Part shown: piece after piece, positions 25,767 to 37,200 of the stretch | How the letters are laid out: every line of letters starts with the position of its first letter | Numbering within the stretch: the stretch's first letter is position 1 | Source: Setoptus koraiensis | Taxonomy: Eukaryota; Animalia; Arthropoda | Direction of reading: 5' to 3' | NCBI GenBank assembly: GCA_048013815.1 | Contig: CM106586.1 | Span: 16,740,001-16,804,000 of the forward strand | DNA: 64,000 nucleotides | The notes under the pieces: generated by a model | Told to the model about the DNA's origin: nothing | Database searches by the model: none | Seen by the model: only the letters and a program-made list of their open reading frames with translations | Made by a program: the position numbers and the translations under genes

Positions 25767-25983
25767 GCCTAAGACGCAAAACCTGTGCCTATCAAATTGA
25801 ATGAAATTGTTGTTCTGATATGATGGTCCTAAGCCCACCAAGAACATGTATATATATATATATATATATATAATTGGTTGTGGCTGTTGGTCACTGCCAA
25901 CAATATCATCAGCAACGTGCAATCTCGCATTTCTGAACAACAATTTCACTCAATTTGATAGGCACAGGTTCTGCGTCCTAGGC
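25767..25983. repeat. 49-bp inverted repeat with 3 mismatches around a 119-nt spacer containing (TA)n
   Basis: Arm 25767-25815 is the reverse complement of 25935-25983 except at three positions. Confidence 0.9.
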
Positions 25984-27885
25984 GATTGTAATGTCAAGGC
26001 GATTTATCATTCCATCTCCAAACGAAGAGGACTCTTACCAGTGTGATTTCTTAGATGTCAATCAGATGAAGAGGCCCAGGAGAAGACTGAGTCCCACAGA
26101 ATAGGTACGATCGAGCAGAAAAAGAAAGTGACTCGCTGGTCGAAATGTGACGCTTTTCATTAGGCTTTATTTTTTTTCGAAATGTCTTAATAACAAAGAT
26201 CTACATTTGTTGATGATTCAATCGTGATGCGAGTTACCAGACTGAACACCACGGCTTTCAGTCTCGGAGAAAAAACTCGATCTTAGGTTTTATTTTTGAA
26301 ATTTTAGTTGTCGCTGAAAGATAGAAACGCATAATTTGATGTATCTCTAGGTAGCAGGGCTACGCAATTCGATCTCTTGATTAAGATCCCTACCTATCAT
26401 GTCATCGATGCCCACTAAAGGTTGAATGCAAACTTATAATTGAAGTAGTTCTCTTTGCAAGAAAACTACTATGAATCCCACCGAATACAGGAAACTCTTA
26501 CGACTTTCTCTTCAGATATGACCAATAGGCAAGAGAATGTAAAGATCTAATTGAGCCGGCCTTATAATTAGCGGACATAATTATTACAATAAGAGAACAT
26601 CGAAAGTTATTAGCTCAATCTATGGATAGAGAAACTCCTTAGAGGGGTATATTGTTCGAACTAACTAGTACAATTATCTCTTTACCAACCAAATTGTTCA
26701 TCACAATTGTCCCAAGTTAGTCTCTGACAGAGAGACAATTCTTTTGGGCCAGCTTTTTTTTATACAATCTCTCGTCACTTTTTATTTGCATAATATGAAG
26801 AAATGCAAACAAAAGGTTATTGAAATTGTTGCTGTTTGTTTTTTGTTGTGCTATTCAAATATAGCTAGAATGTTGGCTTACAACAATACGCTAAGACACA
26901 CTGATTTTGTTTTTGACTGAGCGGTGAGTCTTGTTTTTTTGATCTTTATCATATTGCTCACATCTTTCTAATGTCACTAGATTCTCGAAATGCCTAGAAA
27001 TCCGGTAAAATCGAACAGTTACGCATGTTGAACCGTGACATGTTTGTAGGGGCATATATGTCTAACACATACACTGGTAAGACGGGAATTGTAGGAATGT
27101 GGTAACGCCACCAGTGGATTCGGTTCAACGAAACATTGCTGCACTTTCAAGGTGTTAAATTAGACAAAAGAATCGCTTGAAAAGAGCGCTTGCGTATGCA
27201 TTACATGAGGTTGAAGGCTGGAAAAAAGTTGTCAGCACTAATGTTGCCGGAGAAGAAAAAGTTATACTGCTGCTTGCACCTGTTGCAACACAAACTTGAC
27301 GGATTCCTCAAAGAGAAAGAGAGAATTCTATCCATGTCGCAAGCTTTCTCTATCAGGCAGTTACATAACTATGTATGCTAATCAGGCAAAAATGCAGAGA
27401 TTCGACATTTTCGCTCTCTCAGCTAGAGAACTGAAACCATGAGAGAGTGCCAATCCGACTTGTCTGGTCCACTTGGCCAGGAACTCGGTTATTGCCCAAA
27501 TTAATCAGGGGGGAAGGTCATGTCAATAAACTTGTATTTATCGCCAGATTATCCGACAGAGCTTGGCTGAGTGGCGCATTGAAAGTCACAGCGCTGCAAT
27601 TATCGACACTCTCTATTCCCCTGTCTCTTATTCCCTCAAATTGTAAAATTTGTGTGATCTAATAAAGGAGGGCGTTGTTCTTGCGATACAAAAATGGCTT
27701 GTTTATATCGCAATAAGAAGAAAAATGTCACTATTGTACTATGTTGCTACATAGTATTTCGGACAATAAATGTTTTCTATTTGACTGACCAAAGTCATTT
27801 GTCGATTGACATTCATCGACAACAGCCAATGACCACAGTGAATCAGTGAGAAAAAGTTGCAGTCGCCAAGTCCAGTAACATTGCA

Positions 27886-28743
27886 ATGTCATCAAAAATC
27901 ATCATGCTATGCGCCTTTTTAGCGGCCGTTTATTCCATCACAATTGGAATGACAAGTGCATTTCCGTACGATCTGATACCGGCTCATTTAATCGGTTTCG
28001 ACCATGCAAATAACATACAGCAACACGCTCGCCCCATGAGTGCCGAAGCTGAGATACATCATCATCATATCGGTATGTTTCCGGCTAGCTTAGATAGAAT
28101 GAATCTAGAGGCCAGCAACCAAGAAATAAATGCATTTGGCCAGAGAACAACACCAACCAGGTACGGCAATCCAATCAACGCTCACAGTGTTCATCCAACT
28201 ATCATGTACAATCAGCCTCATCGTCAAGCCCATCAACAATTTTCTCGACTCAATCCTGCCCATCAGTACTCACAGCAACAATATCAAAACCGGCACGATC
28301 AACAAAATGTTGCCTCCATGAACTACAACAATTTCAATGCATTACTTCCGGCGCACAATTCAGGCCAATTTCAACCCGAATACAATGGCCAATCTAACGA
28401 AGTTTCATCTCAAGAATCCTCCATGTCTCAGGACCGTCATGATCCTATCGGTCACTTGATGAAACATTATGACAACAGGCAAGTGGGCGTCGCAGAATCA
28501 AGAGAGGACCATCAACAGGCCGAAGATCGAAACGGCCAACATGAGGAGTCGAAAAAAGATGACGAAAGTCAGGCAAATCATAACGAAGAATATAAACAAC
28601 CTGAGGCAGAGAAGAAACATGACGAAGCAGCAAGTCATCACGAGGGGCACCACGAGGAACATCACAATATGCCCAATGCAATTGAGGTCCATCACAAGAA
28701 GGGAGGCAAGAGCTTTCAATACTTTCACCAACAGCATAGTTGA
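27886..28743 (+). CDS. Secreted His/Gln-rich protein, 285 aa, single exon
   Basis: Signal-peptide-like MSSKIIMLCAFLAAVYSITIGMTSA, Q/N-rich middle, and acidic His-rich C-terminus ending HHKKGGKSFQYFHQQHS. Confidence 0.8.
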   Translation: MSSKIIMLCAFLAAVYSITIGMTSAFPYDLIPAHLIGFDHANNIQQHARPMSAEAEIHHHHIGMFPASLDRMNLEASNQEINAFGQRTTPTRYGNPINAHSVHPTIMYNQPHRQAHQQFSRLNPAHQYSQQQYQNRHDQQNVASMNYNNFNALLPAHNSGQFQPEYNGQSNEVSSQESSMSQDRHDPIGHLMKHYDNRQVGVAESREDHQQAEDRNGQHEESKKDDESQANHNEEYKQPEAEKKHDEAASHHEGHHEEHHNMPNAIEVHHKKGGKSFQYFHQQHS

Positions 28744-29082
28744 TGGAATTTAATGGGGAAAATGCGATCATTAACACCCTATCTCTCTCTATCTCTAATA
28801 CATGAGATTCTCTAAAAAGTACTAGACAGACTGACAAAGATTGAACACTTGTGCAGCTTGAGATAATAACCATAATGTAAGACTACGAATTAACTCTGTT
28901 CATACAATCACCAATAAATTTCAATCAATATGTATGCAAACTAGTGTTTGTTAAATGTCGCCATCGAGCTAAGACTCGCTTGTTTTGCTTGTTGAGTCTT
29001 ATGTTTGGATTAAAATCTAGGCGATTTGAGTTAAAACAATTATTGATATCTGCGATCAATTAAAAATCTAATGCTACAATGA

Positions 29083-30135
29083 TCACATTTTCGTGCTTTC
29101 AATTAGTTTTCTTGCCATGCCCATAGCTTCATCGTCTTTCACTATTAACAAATGACCTAGTCCTTTTTCGCCATCTATCGATATCATTTCCACCTGTGTA
29201 TTGCCGTACTTCTTAACGGCCAAATTGTAGAGGCGTCGTCCTAGTTTATAATCGATGATAAAATCATCAAAAGCATGCATCACCATAATATGAACCTTGT
29301 CTAAGTTATCTAAACATTTAGTAGTGTCAAAATTGACGTCTTCTGACATCCTCAAAACGTCTACCCAGAAGATTTCGAATAGATAAATGAGAGGTTTGAA
29401 TTTGACAGTTACCGCCATCGGGTGCTCGAACACGACATTTGCAATAGTATCAAACGGTGACTCAAGAATCAACCTGGGCGGCTTAATGTCAGGGGTCAAA
29501 TTAGAAACCACATAAGTAGAAATAGAGGTCCCCAGTGAGTGACCCCAAACTGTTATCCGCTGTGGAGTTACGCCATCTTGTTTGAGTAACCATTTGTACA
29601 TAAATGTAGCATCTGCAAGAACAGACTGTTTACTGGGCGTGATCCATGTAGAGTCGCCATAGCCCGCATAATCGAGGGCAATCACATGAAAGTTCATTTC
29701 CCCAGCCAATCTTTTGTATAATGAAATCCTACTGGGATAGGCTCTTGAATCTGCGACACCATGATAGTATATGACGATAGGTCGGGAATCTCCGGTGAAG
29801 TTTCTCGCTTGCCGCTTATCCAACTTAGAACTTTGTATAGAACAATTTGGTAGAATGTGCCAGCCACGATATGATAGATTTCCGTTTTTGAGCTCTATGT
29901 CTCTGCTACAACTTTTCATATATTCTCCGGGATACTTCAATGCAAACGGCACTACATAAAAATTACCAAACACCATGGCACTTCTAATTACACTTGAATA
30001 CTTGAATATTAGCCCCGGCACAAAAATTAAAAAAGCTATGATGACAATTGAGCAGTATAACGATATCTTGAGCGCTCTGTTACAATTGGATTTTTTGTCA
30101 TTGTTGTTTGTCGTTTCTACTTGGGACTCCAACAT
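29083..30135 (-). CDS. ABHD12: ABHD12-like alpha/beta hydrolase (lysophospholipid/monoacylglycerol lipase)
   Basis: N-terminal TM segment, YYHG oxyanion region, DYAGYGDS, nucleophile motif WGHSLG, LILESPF and HAFDD. First ATG is at 30135 (the ORF track extends to a TTG at 30198). Confidence 0.88.
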   Translation of the reverse strand: MLESQVETTNNNDKKSNCNRALKISLYCSIVIIAFLIFVPGLIFKYSSVIRSAMVFGNFYVVPFALKYPGEYMKSCSRDIELKNGNLSYRGWHILPNCSIQSSKLDKRQARNFTGDSRPIVIYYHGVADSRAYPSRISLYKRLAGEMNFHVIALDYAGYGDSTWITPSKQSVLADATFMYKWLLKQDGVTPQRITVWGHSLGTSISTYVVSNLTPDIKPPRLILESPFDTIANVVFEHPMAVTVKFKPLIYLFEIFWVDVLRMSEDVNFDTTKCLDNLDKVHIMVMHAFDDFIIDYKLGRRLYNLAVKKYGNTQVEMISIDGEKGLGHLLIVKDDEAMGMARKLIESTKM

Positions 30136-30513
30136 CTTCGCTCTCTTCTCTTGATGTTGATTGAAGCCTGCTACTAATCTAATAGCAGTTGTAGCCAATG
30201 TTTAACTTCTTTTAGGGAGCTCGCAACCATAGTGATGATTGTATGCTAATTTCTCGCATCAATGAGCAGGTTGTTCTCTTAGTGCTATTAACATATCATA
30301 CATAATAATTATATTTGTGAATATTTACTTGAGATGGGAGGAGATTTATTGTTCTTTCAAAAAAAGTATATATATTACAGGCATACATGCCACGTTCTGG
30401 CACGCAAGTTAGCGGTAGCATTTATCATAAGTTGTTATGGAGACACAACCTCTTTTTGTTTAAACGACCATCTTGCAAAAAATCTGATACGAAACTAGTT
30501 TTAAAGTTCATCG

Positions 30514-31224
30514 CTATTGAGAGCTTGCGTTCGTGAGCTTATCTACCTGTTCTTGAACTTTCGATTTAGCTTCTAAAGCCTTCCGTAAACGATCTTTTAA
30601 ATTAGCTATCTCAGAGCGCACTTTTTTCTTTGAAGTCTGTATGGCTGCTAGTGTTCTAATTTTTTTTTCATCGAAGTCTGTTTCGTGTCGAAATAGATGT
30701 TGTGGAAAGATGGCCTTGGGTGGAGCGCTGAGAATTTGGGTCATCATTAACGAGGGATCTTGGAATATTATTTCATCGTAGTGCTCTGACACAACATGAT
30801 CTGACACAAGTGGTTTCTTAGACGCTGGATCTGAATGAAACAATTTCAATTGATGATATATAGTCACAGGTCGTTCGTTTGGATCGACAAAATAAATTTT
30901 TATAACCATCTCGAATTCGCCCCAACCAGTTTCTTGCACTTCATAGGGTGGTATGGTTTTGACGCGTTGAGGGTTGGCATAGCTCTCATGTAGCTTGAAC
31001 TGAACCTTTTTTATATAAGAGGACATGTCCTCGTTCCTATAAGGTTTGACATAAACAGTCCATTGGTGAGTATGTTTGTCCTCTCTGTTTGTGTTGCCAA
31101 TAAATTTAGACACGTTACCGTAAACTATCGGCTTTATGATTACAACACCCTTCTGGCGACCGCCTGAGTCTGGTCCCCATTCGGTGATCTGCGTCTTCGA
31201 TTTGATGGATGGTGTCTCGACCAT
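30514..31224 (-). CDS. YEATS4: YEATS domain protein 4 (GAS41/Yaf9), copy A
   Basis: [17 protein letters not shown]...[12 protein letters not shown]...[14 protein letters not shown]...[19 protein letters not shown] signature plus a C-terminal coiled coil. Confidence 0.95.
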   Translation of the reverse strand: MVETPSIKSKTQITEWGPDSGGRQKGVVIIKPIVYGNVSKFIGNTNREDKHTHQWTVYVKPYRNEDMSSYIKKVQFKLHESYANPQRVKTIPPYEVQETGWGEFEMVIKIYFVDPNERPVTIYHQLKLFHSDPASKKPLVSDHVVSEHYDEIIFQDPSLMMTQILSAPPKAIFPQHLFRHETDFDEKKIRTLAAIQTSKKKVRSEIANLKDRLRKALEAKSKVQEQVDKLTNASSQ

Positions 31225-31906
31225 GGGCTTGGCTTGATTCCTGTTAGTTTTCCAAGATGGCTCGTAATCTTCGTAGAGATTCGACCCTATATGAGATAGA
31301 AGTTATCATGAAGGATGTAGAAAAATATTCGATCAGTGATTTGCCTAGACACTACGATTCAGCCTGTCAATTATTAGTTGATCTTTCGAGATGTGATCAT
31401 TATATTTAGATTATAGCCTCAAAATGTCCAGGTGGTTCGAAAATGATCAATAGATTTATTCCTTGTTGTGAATAACAAATCCCCGAGTGTGTAGAGCTTA
31501 CCTTTGCTAGGATTCAATTCGTCCGAATAGTAGATGGATATAAATAATGTAAAATCCTGTGAGATCTCCTTGTCTAGCAACGTTAGATTTTAACGTATAT
31601 ACGCCCGAAAGTAGATGTTTGAGGGGTTCTCAATGTAAACAAACGTGTTTGAAATATTCAAATAAAATTGTGCTAGAGGCGCCAGGTTCGAACATTGTGA
31701 ATATCTGGCGAAATATCCATGAATATGTGCATTTTGTGGCACTTTTTCAGGAAACATGTGTGTTTGTTTACCGGCAAAATTTTCTCAAGAGCGTCTGAAC
31801 AAATGCTTTTCTACTATCTTTTATTGCAAACTTCTCGGACGGCTTGTCGCCAAATGGATCTGATCATTTTAATTGCAACCAACATTATTGTTTAGAATTT
31901 GCCAAC
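31225..31906. promoter_or_regulatory. Putative bidirectional promoter between YEATS4-A and EXOSC1-A, with a probable YEATS4 5'UTR intron
   Basis: 682 nt between divergent ATGs. Minus strand has AAAG|GTAAG (~31501) and CTCATATAG| (31287-31288). Confidence 0.5.
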
Positions 31907-32594
31907 ATGTCAGCTGAAACATCTTCCACTACAGAGAACACCGGTATATTTTGTGTCCCGGGAGACAGGCTTTGTAAAGCGGACGAGAAAAATCTACCCA
32001 CCAGCGGCACCTACAAATCCGAGGGCTATATCAGCGCTAGTCTAGCCGGTCGAGTTGTTATCATACACACAAACAAGGGAATAGTAAGTATATTCTATAA
32101 CTACATTGGCCATTTCAGCGAGATGGACCAACACCTAAATTGAAATTTTTCATTGCCTTTCTCACATACAGAAATTTATTGGGGTGGAAGGAAACAACAG
32201 AGTGACGAAAACTGTCCCATCTCCAGAGGACATTGTCACATGCCAGGTGACAAACATTCAATCAAATATGGCCCACTGCCTCATATGGTGTGTCAACGAG
32301 CATGTGGTGCGGCAACCATTCCAGGCCATGATAAGAAAAGAGGACATAAGACACCATGAAAAGGATCTCGTTGACGTTAGCAAAAGCTGCTTACCAGGTG
32401 ATATAATACTGGGCAAAGTATTGGGATTCGGCGATAATAGAAGGTATCTGGTGACAATTGCAGATAAAGAATTTGGCGTAGTTATTGCCACTAGTGATGC
32501 CGATGCCACAATGGTGCCCGTCAGTTGGACGCAGATGATGTGCCCCAAAACCGGCGTAAAAGAGGAGAGGAAAGTTGCCAAAATAAAAGTTTAA
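31907..32594 (+). CDS. EXOSC1: Exosome complex component CSL4, copy A; exons 31907-32083 and 32172-32594 (199 aa)
   Basis: FCVPGDRLC...GTY...GYISASLAG; S1-like IVTCQV...IRKEDIR...SCLPGDIILGKV; C-terminal MVPVSWTQMMCPKTGVKEERKVAK. 88-nt GT-AG intron, phase 0. Confidence 0.95.
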
Positions 32595-32765
32595 ATCATC
32601 CTCAATCTTACTAAACCTGCCATTCAAGAGCGACGAAGATGGTTTCCGTCAGCGAGAGTTTATTGGAAGAATCGTTTCTACCACATGAGTTTGAGATTTT
32701 TTTCTATTAATTTACACAATTTCTTTCTTTCTGGTAAAAGATATTCGTATCTTGTGTTTGTGACC

Positions 32766-34298
32766 TCACCACCAATAGCTAACGGACAGACTAGGAGTTA
32801 AGGATCTAACGTAGTGCCACCATCCTTTGGGTATGAAGAGCATATCGCCAGGTTTTATTATGATATAAATCAACTGGACCTCTTTGAATAGATTGTACTT
32901 TTCTTTTATGTTTTCTGGATTGACACGGCTTGTATTGGATAGCAGAGATCTTTTTGAGTGGGCATACATGGCAGCTTTAGGCGTGAGTTTGGGGCATAGT
33001 ATGACCAACTTGAATCCGACAAGCTGTGCAAAGAGGTTGTCCTTGTCATCAAAATGTAAGGGAGTTATTGTGTTTGCTGGACCCATCCAAGCATTGATTT
33101 CTATCTCACTTTGTTTGTTTTGTTGAGGTGAATAGACACCATAGCAGTCGTCATTATCGAAAGATTTAGGGGATGTTTGACAGGAGCAATAGTCTGGAAT
33201 GGAAATGATCCTCCTTAATTGAGGTATTTGGTCAAACAGGTTATGCATCGCAAGATAACCCCTCTTTTTGGGTTCATTGAGATAGTATCCATTGAACATG
33301 TAATCCATCATAAATCTTCCCAAAGGCATCATTGATTGTGCCCATGACTTGTGGGTGTAAGATTGGCCAATCTCAATGGGTACAATGCGATAATAGCCTT
33401 GTCTATATATACTTATAAAAATATCTAGTTGATAATTAAAATATTGTTGATTTTTAAATAATTTGGCGCTGGGTAGTGAATCCTTTGGGAAATCTTTGAA
33501 ACAGCTCCAATGGGCCAAAGCTCCATGAATAAGAACAGGTATTTGGCTATCAATAAAGTTTTGGAAATGTTCCAAACTGATTGACTCAACAGAAACTCTT
33601 TTGAGAGTAGGAAGAGACCTATCGCATTCGAAGATCCGATTTACAGTAGGACGCCTCAATGAAAGAATATTAGCCAAATAACATTTGACGCTTTTCTCCA
33701 ATGACGATCGGTTAAGTTTGACTGGAATAAGCTGATGCAAATTTTCTGCTAATTTTGAATAGAGTTTGTCCTCAAACGGCGGTACAAGGATAATATTGAG
33801 ATCACACAATTCAATCATCTTGATTATGGAACATCTACGCTGGGAATCTGAATCAGTGAATTTGATAGCCATCATCAATTGTGACCGCAATGACACTATG
33901 GATAATAAGCCATAACTGTAACGCCAGCATAGCTCCTTATTGACGTTGAGCTTCTTTCCTTTAGCTTTGGCCAATGTAACTAACTTTTGTATGATGGATC
34001 GTGTCCTAGCTCGGTGTCTATCTAATTTATGTGTAATTCTATTGAGTATCTTGTGAAAGACTATTGCGTGTGGTATCCTTGTAGATGAAGATGACAATAC
34101 CCAGTCGATGAGATTTATAATTTCATTGAATTCAGCTAATTTGTCTTGAAGTGAATTTTGTCTGATAGCTAGAAGTTTGCTCGACTGGAGCTTGTATTTG
34201 TTATTATAAGAAGATACATCTACAGCTGTAACAGTTTGTAGCAACTTTTTGAGTGTGTCCCTCCATGAAGGCAACAATAATTGATTGGCTTCGTTCAT
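32766..34298 (-). CDS. JMJD5: JmjC-domain hydroxylase JMJD5/KDM8, 510 aa, single ORF
   Basis: VPIEIGQSYT...W, GYLAMHNLFDQIPQLRRIISIPDYC, INAWMGPANTITPLHFD (HxD) and GDMLFIPKGWWHYVRSL...SVSYWW. Confidence 0.92.
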   Translation of the reverse strand: MNEANQLLLPSWRDTLKKLLQTVTAVDVSSYNNKYKLQSSKLLAIRQNSLQDKLAEFNEIINLIDWVLSSSSTRIPHAIVFHKILNRITHKLDRHRARTRSIIQKLVTLAKAKGKKLNVNKELCWRYSYGLLSIVSLRSQLMMAIKFTDSDSQRRCSIIKMIELCDLNIILVPPFEDKLYSKLAENLHQLIPVKLNRSSLEKSVKCYLANILSLRRPTVNRIFECDRSLPTLKRVSVESISLEHFQNFIDSQIPVLIHGALAHWSCFKDFPKDSLPSAKLFKNQQYFNYQLDIFISIYRQGYYRIVPIEIGQSYTHKSWAQSMMPLGRFMMDYMFNGYYLNEPKKRGYLAMHNLFDQIPQLRRIISIPDYCSCQTSPKSFDNDDCYGVYSPQQNKQSEIEINAWMGPANTITPLHFDDKDNLFAQLVGFKLVILCPKLTPKAAMYAHSKRSLLSNTSRVNPENIKEKYNLFKEVQLIYIIIKPGDMLFIPKGWWHYVRSLTPSLSVSYWW

Positions 34299-37200
34299 GT
34301 TACTTGAACAATCGTTGTTGTTGCTTCAATCATGAAGTCTAAACAAACTGGTTGCGGCAGCTGATTGTCAGAATGGTTTTGTTTTGTTTTTATCGTTGTT
34401 ATGTCATGTTGATAATGAGTTTGTGCACCTGTTAGGCTGACAAGATCAGATGACTGACAAGGATGAGTTTTCTTTCTTTTGTGGATAGAACAAAGTAGAG
34501 ATAAAAAAGCATTAATAACATTTGTATACATTTGTTTCGTAATTATAGTGAAACAATGCCCCCTGTGATCATGTGAGCGTTTTATTTTCTTTTTACATGT
34601 AGTTTCACATGCCGTATGCCGTCTGACATAGGGCGACGGCGGCACAGCTGCTCGCAGCAACTTGGATTAATGGCGCGCAACGCTGTCAAAACAAAAAGTT
34701 TTTATCTTATGAAAGATCGCTGGCAAGGATTTTACACGGGATACAATCATTGTTTAACAATGTTTGTAAGCCGAAATTAATTAATTAACGAGTGACAGAA
34801 TCGGATACGTGTTTTGTCATGAGGTCTGCCAAAATGATTGACGCGCTCATTCTAAAATGGTGATGGTGGCGAGCAAACGGAAGTGTCTCGAAAGAAACAA
34901 AAAACGTGTCTGTCGCCGAGCAGGATGGCATCGGCAATTGACTCGCTAGCATAATTAAGATTATCGCAGGCAAATCAAACAAGTGGACAAGCGCTCAAAC
35001 CGTTATGCACAACTTTCTTTGATTGGCCCTCGATACACACAACTTGGGGCGAAATGAATAACGGTTATGTAGCGGTTACATGTCGCTTGGATCGCAGGTT
35101 GACGACTTGAACTTGTTCCGACCATCAAAGCCATTAAGTGCTGACGACAAAGCTCTGCTGTTGGCCGCAAATAAAAAGTTCTTTCCGTATTTCGAAACTT
35201 GAACCCACAGAGAATCAATTGCTCAGACTGTTTTGCACTGTTTCTCACTATCGTCACTACCACTCAATTTTATCGCCCCGAGTATTTCTAAGTCATTGAC
35301 AATTGTCTGCTGACAAGATGTGGGCAATAAGAAGATTGCAAAAAATAGGCCACTAACTATACTTGAAACGATTGTGATACTACCGTTGTCGGCGCTGTCG
35401 CTACTCTCACTACCTCTACCACTGTCACTGCTACTAGGCGACGAGTATCAATCGCCCAAGATTCATTTTCAATTCGATAGTATGCCTTTATTCTGTTACC
35501 ATTTCTGGTTATGAATGAACAGCCAACCTATAAGTTGTGTAGCATGAGCTGTAGATTGAGAAGAGGGGATGAGTCAAGAAGAAGGAGAATATTAAGAGGA
35601 GGCAAATGGTAATAATATTGTGTAAGTAATTGTGTTGACTTGGAGCGAACGAGTGGTTTGGCTTTCAGCCAATACCAAGCGTATGACATCAATAGATACA
35701 AACAACAACTTTATATGTGCTAAAGAATATGTATTAAGTTGAATAATGAAATAAACACGGCGACTATATATTTTGCAACGGCAGCAGCAGCAACAACAGC
35801 AGCAACAACGGCACAACAGTGAACAAAATATCTTAGCCGATCGCATTGACTGTATTCCAGGAATGTTCCTCTGGCTGCTTGAGCTAGTCGATTTACTAAG
35901 TTAGTATGTCAAGTTGTTGTAAACGTTTCCAGTGGCACTTACACATCCGATAGAAATTGCACTGCACACCATGTTAGATGACGATTGTGTATCAACTCCG
36001 TGTGATGCAATCAAAACGATCATACCATCATTACTATTAGTAATGCTTAATGAATCTTGCAGAAAGCGAGCAGCCCTTCTACCGTTCGCAAAGAGATTGC
36101 GAACGGTAGAAGGGTCTATTGCTATATTGTTTAGACATTGACATCATTTATCATCTTTTCTTTTTGCGTACCTCCCCCTTTTTTCAATTTAATCTCTCTA
36201 GTGCTCGGTACATGTCAGCATATTCTCTGCATAATCATTCATACAGTTTTTGGGGAAATTTTCATTAAGTGGCGACATTTGCGGGGACACACAGAGACAA
36301 CGACGTTGAGCTGCTTGTTGCAAGCAGATCTTTGCCTAGAGCCCACTAATTAAATATTAAATTAGTAGTAAAGTGCTCAGCAGTTGGCCTAACAGCATCT
36401 GGGGAACCCCGTTTATACTAGACTTGCATCACTACTTGTCACTCTGGCTACTTCACATGATAAGCTGGCATGTTCCCTATCGCCCACTGCAGCGGTGAGG
36501 CCCCCGCTAATCAGTTATCTGTGTGCGTTTACTTAGTACACATCGCACCAATAGTATGTGGTTCACTCTCACCAAGGTACAAGCTCGCTTATCAAGCTAA
36601 AAAATCAAAGCTTCTGTTGTAATTGCGACTTGTCAATTGAGGCTGAAACGCGATCGGCCTCATCTCTCTCTCTCTCTCTCTCTCTCCGGCTACGCGGCCT
36701 TGGGGCTGTCAGAGTGGGGCACAGATTTCTTGCGTTGGCCATTAAATCTTGGGGCACTCTCTGTCAGACATTGGCCATTAAGCGACCGTAGCGATTCAAT
36801 CGATCCATCGAGACCGTCGACTGTTGCTGGCGCAATCACTTGACGCAATGTTTGTGTAAATTGTTCAGTGTCATGACAAAGGGCGCTTGATTGTCGACAC
36901 GACTTCCGTCACACTTTATATCATCAGCTGATCGTTGACAGCTGATGATATAAAATAGGCGCCTCTGGTCGATGTGAATATCGACAAATATCCACGAATG
37001 GAGCGGCTACCAAGCGAGTGTGGCAACAAGTGTCTTTGTGGTTAGGGTCGTTGTTGGGCCCGTTGGCATAGCACCGAATATGGCTCGTTCGTTGCGCCCT
37101 CTATGGTCGCCCCCGCCTCGCAATTGGTCAGTGTTGTCGAGTTGTATAGCGTGTCTGATTTGACAGTAAACTTTACTGAGTAAAGTTCTCTAGCCTGCTT

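Larger units (their letters stand above)
30512..32614. repeat. Segmental duplication, copy A (YEATS4 + EXOSC1 head-to-head pair)
   Basis: Near-identical to 41821-43620. The offset is 11309 across YEATS4 and 11006 across EXOSC1, from a ~309-nt deletion and small insertion in copy B. Confidence 0.95.

Noticed and set aside
26000-27800. AT-rich interval with short coding-looking stretches (e.g. KRALAYALHEVEGWKKVVSTNVAGEEKV)
   Set aside because: Interrupted by stops, with no transposase, RT or other motif recognised; cannot be called a pseudogene or TE.
34295-34660. Minus-strand ORF whose TGA overlaps the JMJD5 ATG (ATGA)
   Set aside because: TTG start and no recognisable content. Such overlaps arise by chance; it could be a uORF but nothing supports that.
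34700-35210. Protein-like fragments on + (MKDRWQGFYTGYNHCLTMF|GTAAG; CAG|VDDLNLFRPSKPLSADDKALLLAANKKFFPYFET*)
   Set aside because: Could not be chained into a convincing gene and no homology recognised; would need RNA-seq.
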